Assembly (NCBI GenBank): GCA_012514175.1
Contig: JAAZAU010000012.1
Location: 110,897 to 174,896 of the forward strand
Length of the DNA: 64,000 nucleotides
Direction: 5' to 3'
Source of the DNA: Parcubacteria group bacterium
GTDB taxonomy: Bacteria; Patescibacteriota; Minisyncoccia; Phycocordibacterales; WO2-35-19
Part shown: positions 60,333-64,000 of the stretch, in pieces
Position numbering within the stretch: the first letter of the stretch is position 1
How the letters are laid out: each line of letters starts with the position of its first letter
Notes under the pieces: model-generated
What the model saw: the letters and a program-made list of their open reading frames with translations, nothing else
What the model was told of the DNA's origin: nothing
Databases searched by the model: none
Made by a program: the position numbers and the translations under genes

Positions 60333-60444
60333 AATTATTTTACTTATCCCTTCGGCCTACGTCTTTTTAGGCGCAATAGCCATCACCTCTTATACACTGA
60401 CTAAGTGCAAAGGATAATTTAAAGGGGGTTAATAATCTATTAAT

Positions 60445-60861
60445 TTAACCTGTATATATTATAAAATGCTCACAAACAAAAACAAGAAAAAAGTGTGGAA
60501 AAATCAACTTCCCAATGTCCGACGTTGGGAGATGAGCCAGCCAAAGTTTAAAAGGTTCAGCGTTAGGTGATGGGATAGATTGAACAATTCGGAGCGTTGT
60601 CTCCGTATCGGCAACATCTGTAAAATAATATTTACCATCAGAAGACTGCATTTTCAGTTGTCCGATTTTTCCGGACAACTCATTTCCTTCTTTTTTGAGT
60701 TTAATTTTTAAATCATTCCAATATTTTCTAGGTCTATCAGTTTGAGTCAAAGTCTCAATAATATCTATAATTGAAAAATACCAAATTTCTTTTTCCTTAT
60801 CCCAATGGCGCCGAATCTGTTTATCTTTAAATAAAATTATTTTTGATTCTTTTTTTATCAA
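60445..60861 (-). pseudogene. Truncated Bro-N / phage antirepressor-like gene
   Basis: WYFSIIDII..RKYWNDLK..DGKYY.TDVAD..QSIPSPNAEPFKLWLA, then homology breaks at palindrome 60510-60530. Confidence 0.7.
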
Positions 60862-60884
60862 ATTATTAATTTATTTGTTAAAAA

Positions 60885-62606
60885 TCACTCTCTAAATATC
60901 ACTCCACTTTTGAAAATCGCTCCGCCTTTCAAAACTTTGTCCGCACTGGCTCCTGCTGTTGGAGTCTCACCTCCCCCTGCGACATATTCATCAGCACCTA
61001 TGTCCCATGCACTTCTTGTATCTCCATCAACATCATCTGTAAAAGTCCCAGACAAATCTTCACCAGATATTCCAAACAAACTCAAACCTGTGCCTTTAAG
61101 ATGAAAATCTTTATTTATATAATCTTCAAAATAATCTCCATAAGAAGTTAAACCAGTAGCGACTGTAGTCCCTACAGCAGTAGCATCAGAAGAAACATTC
61201 CTATCAGAAGATGCACTCCAATCAATGTCATAATCAATGTTGGTATTATTAAAAGAGATATTGTTTTTCGCAATTGAATATGCACCAATGTTACTCGCAG
61301 CCATACCATAATAATTGTTATATAAAGTATTATTATAATAATAACCATAACTACTAGAAGTCGTTTTACCTACCTTAATTCCGTATGCATTGCTGTTATA
61401 ATTAAATCCATAAATTATATTGTTATACACTAAAGCGTCGCTATAATCGGGTATTTCTACACCTACACCCGCCTTATATATACCTTTCAGTATATTATGA
61501 GAAAAGATTGGACTAGCGGATCCATAAGAAAAAAGAACACCATTACTCCAATAAGTAGCATTCGAATCTACACCCATTTGCAATCCTATGATTTTTGTAT
61601 AATCTGTATTCGCACCGACATTCAACACTCTAGTGTAACTAACTGAATCAGTATTTATTAGTCTATATTTTGTATCATCCCAAACCCCATCATGTCTATC
61701 ACTTCCAGCAGGATTGGTCCAAATTTTTATATAATGAGTAGAGTTAGTTGTATAACCTGTGACATCTACACTTGTAGTATCAGCTGTACCATCACTGGCT
61801 TCGCATTCAAAAGTAAGTTGTTCATCAGAAACAGTAAGATCTCTGGCTTCGGCAACAACAGCAGCGTTAAGAGAAGCATAATCACCTGTGCCTCCTGTAT
61901 CCACCGTAACGACGGTCGCAGTTAAAGCATAAGCAGTCGGTCTCATTATATCCACAAACTTTTGCCAATTAGTTTTTTCGGGAGGAACATAATCAGCCAT
62001 TGAAACGACGGCTTTTTGATCGGATTTCTTCTCTTTAATGATATTTAAATCAATAACCGGCAATCTCTTGATATCTTCTAGCTTTGAGACTTTTTCGATT
62101 TCATTTGCGTTAAGGATAGTTGTGTAGTCAATGCCCTTTTTTCTCATTTTTAAAGTTTTTTCAAATTCAATTTCCTCACCTTCAACGACTTCTCTTTCTG
62201 TAACCACTTCTGAAGACATAAGATCTGCTATTTGCCCCTTAGTCAGTTTAGCTGGATAATACAAAGGTAGAAGTTTGACTGTCTCTAGTCTACTCAGTGG
62301 ATTTCTATCTCCAAATTGATTACAAAGTTTGGTCCCGTCTCTTATTTCTACAATATCTCCCGCTTCATATCTACCTTCGCCTACTCCTGTCGCTACTGGT
62401 TTGACAAGGAGTATCATCCCGTCTTTATAGTCGCAAGCTTTAAAATCTGGATCAGTTGGGACAATGAAATTCCAAACTGTTTGAACGATATCATTTGGAA
62501 GATTGAGTTTTTGACCGACAGCAGTCTGAGAGAAAATGATAAAACCAGTGATGAGGAAGATGACAACGAGTCCGATTTTAGTTGATTTATGAAGTTTAGT
62601 GAGCAT
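60885..62606 (-). CDS. Secreted or anchored protein with right-handed beta-helix domain
   Basis: N-terminal TM, VYNNIIY/YYNNTLY/AKNNIS repeats, DFHL, WDIGADE. Confidence 0.7.
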   Translation of the reverse strand: MLTKLHKSTKIGLVVIFLITGFIIFSQTAVGQKLNLPNDIVQTVWNFIVPTDPDFKACDYKDGMILLVKPVATGVGEGRYEAGDIVEIRDGTKLCNQFGDRNPLSRLETVKLLPLYYPAKLTKGQIADLMSSEVVTEREVVEGEEIEFEKTLKMRKKGIDYTTILNANEIEKVSKLEDIKRLPVIDLNIIKEKKSDQKAVVSMADYVPPEKTNWQKFVDIMRPTAYALTATVVTVDTGGTGDYASLNAAVVAEARDLTVSDEQLTFECEASDGTADTTSVDVTGYTTNSTHYIKIWTNPAGSDRHDGVWDDTKYRLINTDSVSYTRVLNVGANTDYTKIIGLQMGVDSNATYWSNGVLFSYGSASPIFSHNILKGIYKAGVGVEIPDYSDALVYNNIIYGFNYNSNAYGIKVGKTTSSSYGYYYNNTLYNNYYGMAASNIGAYSIAKNNISFNNTNIDYDIDWSASSDRNVSSDATAVGTTVATGLTSYGDYFEDYINKDFHLKGTGLSLFGISGEDLSGTFTDDVDGDTRSAWDIGADEYVAGGGETPTAGASADKVLKGGAIFKSGVIFRE

Positions 62607-62628
62607 TGGTTTATTATATCAAAAAATA

Positions 62629-63186
62629 TCACCTAAACTTCCAAGTTTTCAAAATTTCTTCCATTGTTGATCCAAAGTCGCGATAAGTGCGGGCTTGATA
62701 AATAGAACCTTTATAAACAAACCAAATCTCATAAGTCGGACCGATATCTGACGTCTCACTTTCAAAAGCTAGAGCGTCTATCCCCTCGCCCACCGAGACT
62801 CTCTTTTCTTTTTGGATAACCAAGTTTGGCAAATCTTTCAAAATCCTCTCTTTAGTAATAGGACCCGCTTCATCAAAAGGCAAAACTATGATTTCAAAAC
62901 CTTTGCCCAATTCACCACTTTCTACCAAAATCACTTTCCCCGCTGGCGCTCCTTCTATGCCTCCTAGGGGTGTCTCGGTCACTTTCAATTTTTCAGGATA
63001 AGAAAAAATAAAATCATTTTCTGAATTTTCATATTTTTGAGCTTCACCCAATTCGGCAACTACCGAAGAAGGTAGATTTCCATCTGAAAATAAATCCGGA
63101 CTCTCTCCTCCAAATCGCCACCAAACCAAAACTCCGATGACCAATATCACAATTATCCAAATCAATTTTGTCGTATGTTTTTGCAT
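62629..63186 (-). CDS. Membrane-anchored PsbP-like protein
   Basis: TM, YENSENDFIFSYP, ends ILKTWKFR. Confidence 0.6.
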   Translation of the reverse strand: MQKHTTKLIWIIVILVIGVLVWWRFGGESPDLFSDGNLPSSVVAELGEAQKYENSENDFIFSYPEKLKVTETPLGGIEGAPAGKVILVESGELGKGFEIIVLPFDEAGPITKERILKDLPNLVIQKEKRVSVGEGIDALAFESETSDIGPTYEIWFVYKGSIYQARTYRDFGSTMEEILKTWKFR

Positions 63187-63223
63187 TTTGTTTTTAAAAT
63201 TTCAAATTTTGGGAAATAAATGA

Positions 63224-64000
63224 CTAATTACCTTTGACACAACGAACATAATAAATGGTATCCTTGAAGTTGCTATATATATCACCATTACTGAAATGGA
63301 CGTACTTCGCGCCCGAAGTATTGTACTCCGTACTCGACCAGTAGCCGTTCGACTGAAAAGTGCCAAAAAGAGCGCGGTTAGTGTACATAGAAGAAAGCTC
63401 GGTGACGGTCGGCAATCTACCTCCTATTGCTTTACAAATATTGCGAGCAGAATAATCTGTAAAATCAACCGCATTGCTTGAGACTAAATTGTCTCCATCT
63501 TGAGCACCATCTAGTCCACATTGCGGAGTATCACAAGCAGTATTTGAAGTCTTCCAAGAACCAGCTAAATCAATTCGTCCCACCAATACATAGTCGCCAT
63601 CTCCCAAGGTGTTGGCGATGACATCGTCTTGATCACAATACCAGACTTCGTTATCGCAGGTTGAAGCTGGTGGAGTATAGGTGATTTTCATCCCCGCCCC
63701 TTGATTATAAAGTCTTTTTATTTCCTCTGCCGACAAAACACGATTATAAACACGAACATCATCCATAAGACCCAAAAAAGAATAGTTTACTAAATCCTCG
63801 TCTATACCAATATATACAGGATTATTGTTTTGAGGAGCATTTCGTGTTGAAGCAGTATTGCCACCATCTAATTGCCCATTTATATAAAACGAAACTCCGT
63901 TGGTTGAACTTTGTATATAAGTAACATGTGACCAAACATCCATAGGCACACTGCTATTGGAATAAGAATAAGTCCCATTACCATAATTGTAACCGGTTAA
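63224..64000 (-). CDS. LamG + DUF1566 (Lcl/CLec-fold) protein, 5' part outside window; probable DGR target
   Basis: Frame open to window edge; WSHV..YINGQL..MDDVRVYNRVLS (LamG); GRLPTVTEL, YWSSTE, YVRCV. Confidence 0.85.
   Translation of the reverse strand, partial: LTGYNYGNGTYSYSNSSVPMDVWSHVTYIQSSTNGVSFYINGQLDGGNTASTRNAPQNNNPVYIGIDEDLVNYSFLGLMDDVRVYNRVLSAEEIKRLYNQGAGMKITYTPPASTCDNEVWYCDQDDVIANTLGDGDYVLVGRIDLAGSWKTSNTACDTPQCGLDGAQDGDNLVSSNAVDFTDYSARNICKAIGGRLPTVTELSSMYTNRALFGTFQSNGYWSSTEYNTSGAKYVHFSNGDIYSNFKDTIYYVRCVKGN

Noticed and set aside
27-63481. Many short antisense or overlapping ORFs in the ORF track (for example 5837-6295, 6285-6677, 43706-44365)
   Set aside because: Shadows of well-supported genes, with no motifs of their own
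1-64000. CRISPR array, cas genes, integrase, transposase, reverse transcriptase, rRNA
   Set aside because: No regularly spaced repeats or diagnostic motifs seen

Overview
AT-rich bacterial chromosome segment read with the standard code. The gene content points to Patescibacteria (CPR), Parcubacteria-like: compact alaS and aspS, L9 present, and CPR-type surface proteins. From 1 to about 41,200 genes lie mostly on the + strand: alaS, infA-rpmJ-rpsM-rpsK-rpsD-rpoA-rplQ-rplM-rpsI, grpE-dnaK-dnaJ, tyrS, trpS, aspS, scpAB, dac-mraY-ftsW-murG, gltX and an M23 peptidase. After about 41,500 they lie mostly on the - strand: a surface/adhesin cluster with DsbA, rplI, ctpA, tRNA-Gly, lepA, murJ and a TPR membrane protein, with rpmA, corA and cysS on +. 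A dif-like 28-mer sits at the strand switch. Accessory region 11.3-22.3 kb holds two PlsC-type acyltransferases, an alpha/beta hydrolase, a HAD phosphatase and a histidine kinase, an MvdD-like ATP-grasp ligase with an S9 peptidase and a small ORF or structured RNA, and a 2.2-kb direct-repeat-flanked cassette (RlmA-like methyltransferase, DUF397, GT8). Region 27.2-29.6 kb has a secreted lipase-like gene with two immunity-like paralogues. There is a 6S-like small RNA candidate at about 32.2 kb, a small island remnant at tRNA-Gly, and at the right edge a LamG + DUF1566 gene whose 3' end has the codon signature of a DGR variable repeat. All calls come from reading motifs; no searches were run.
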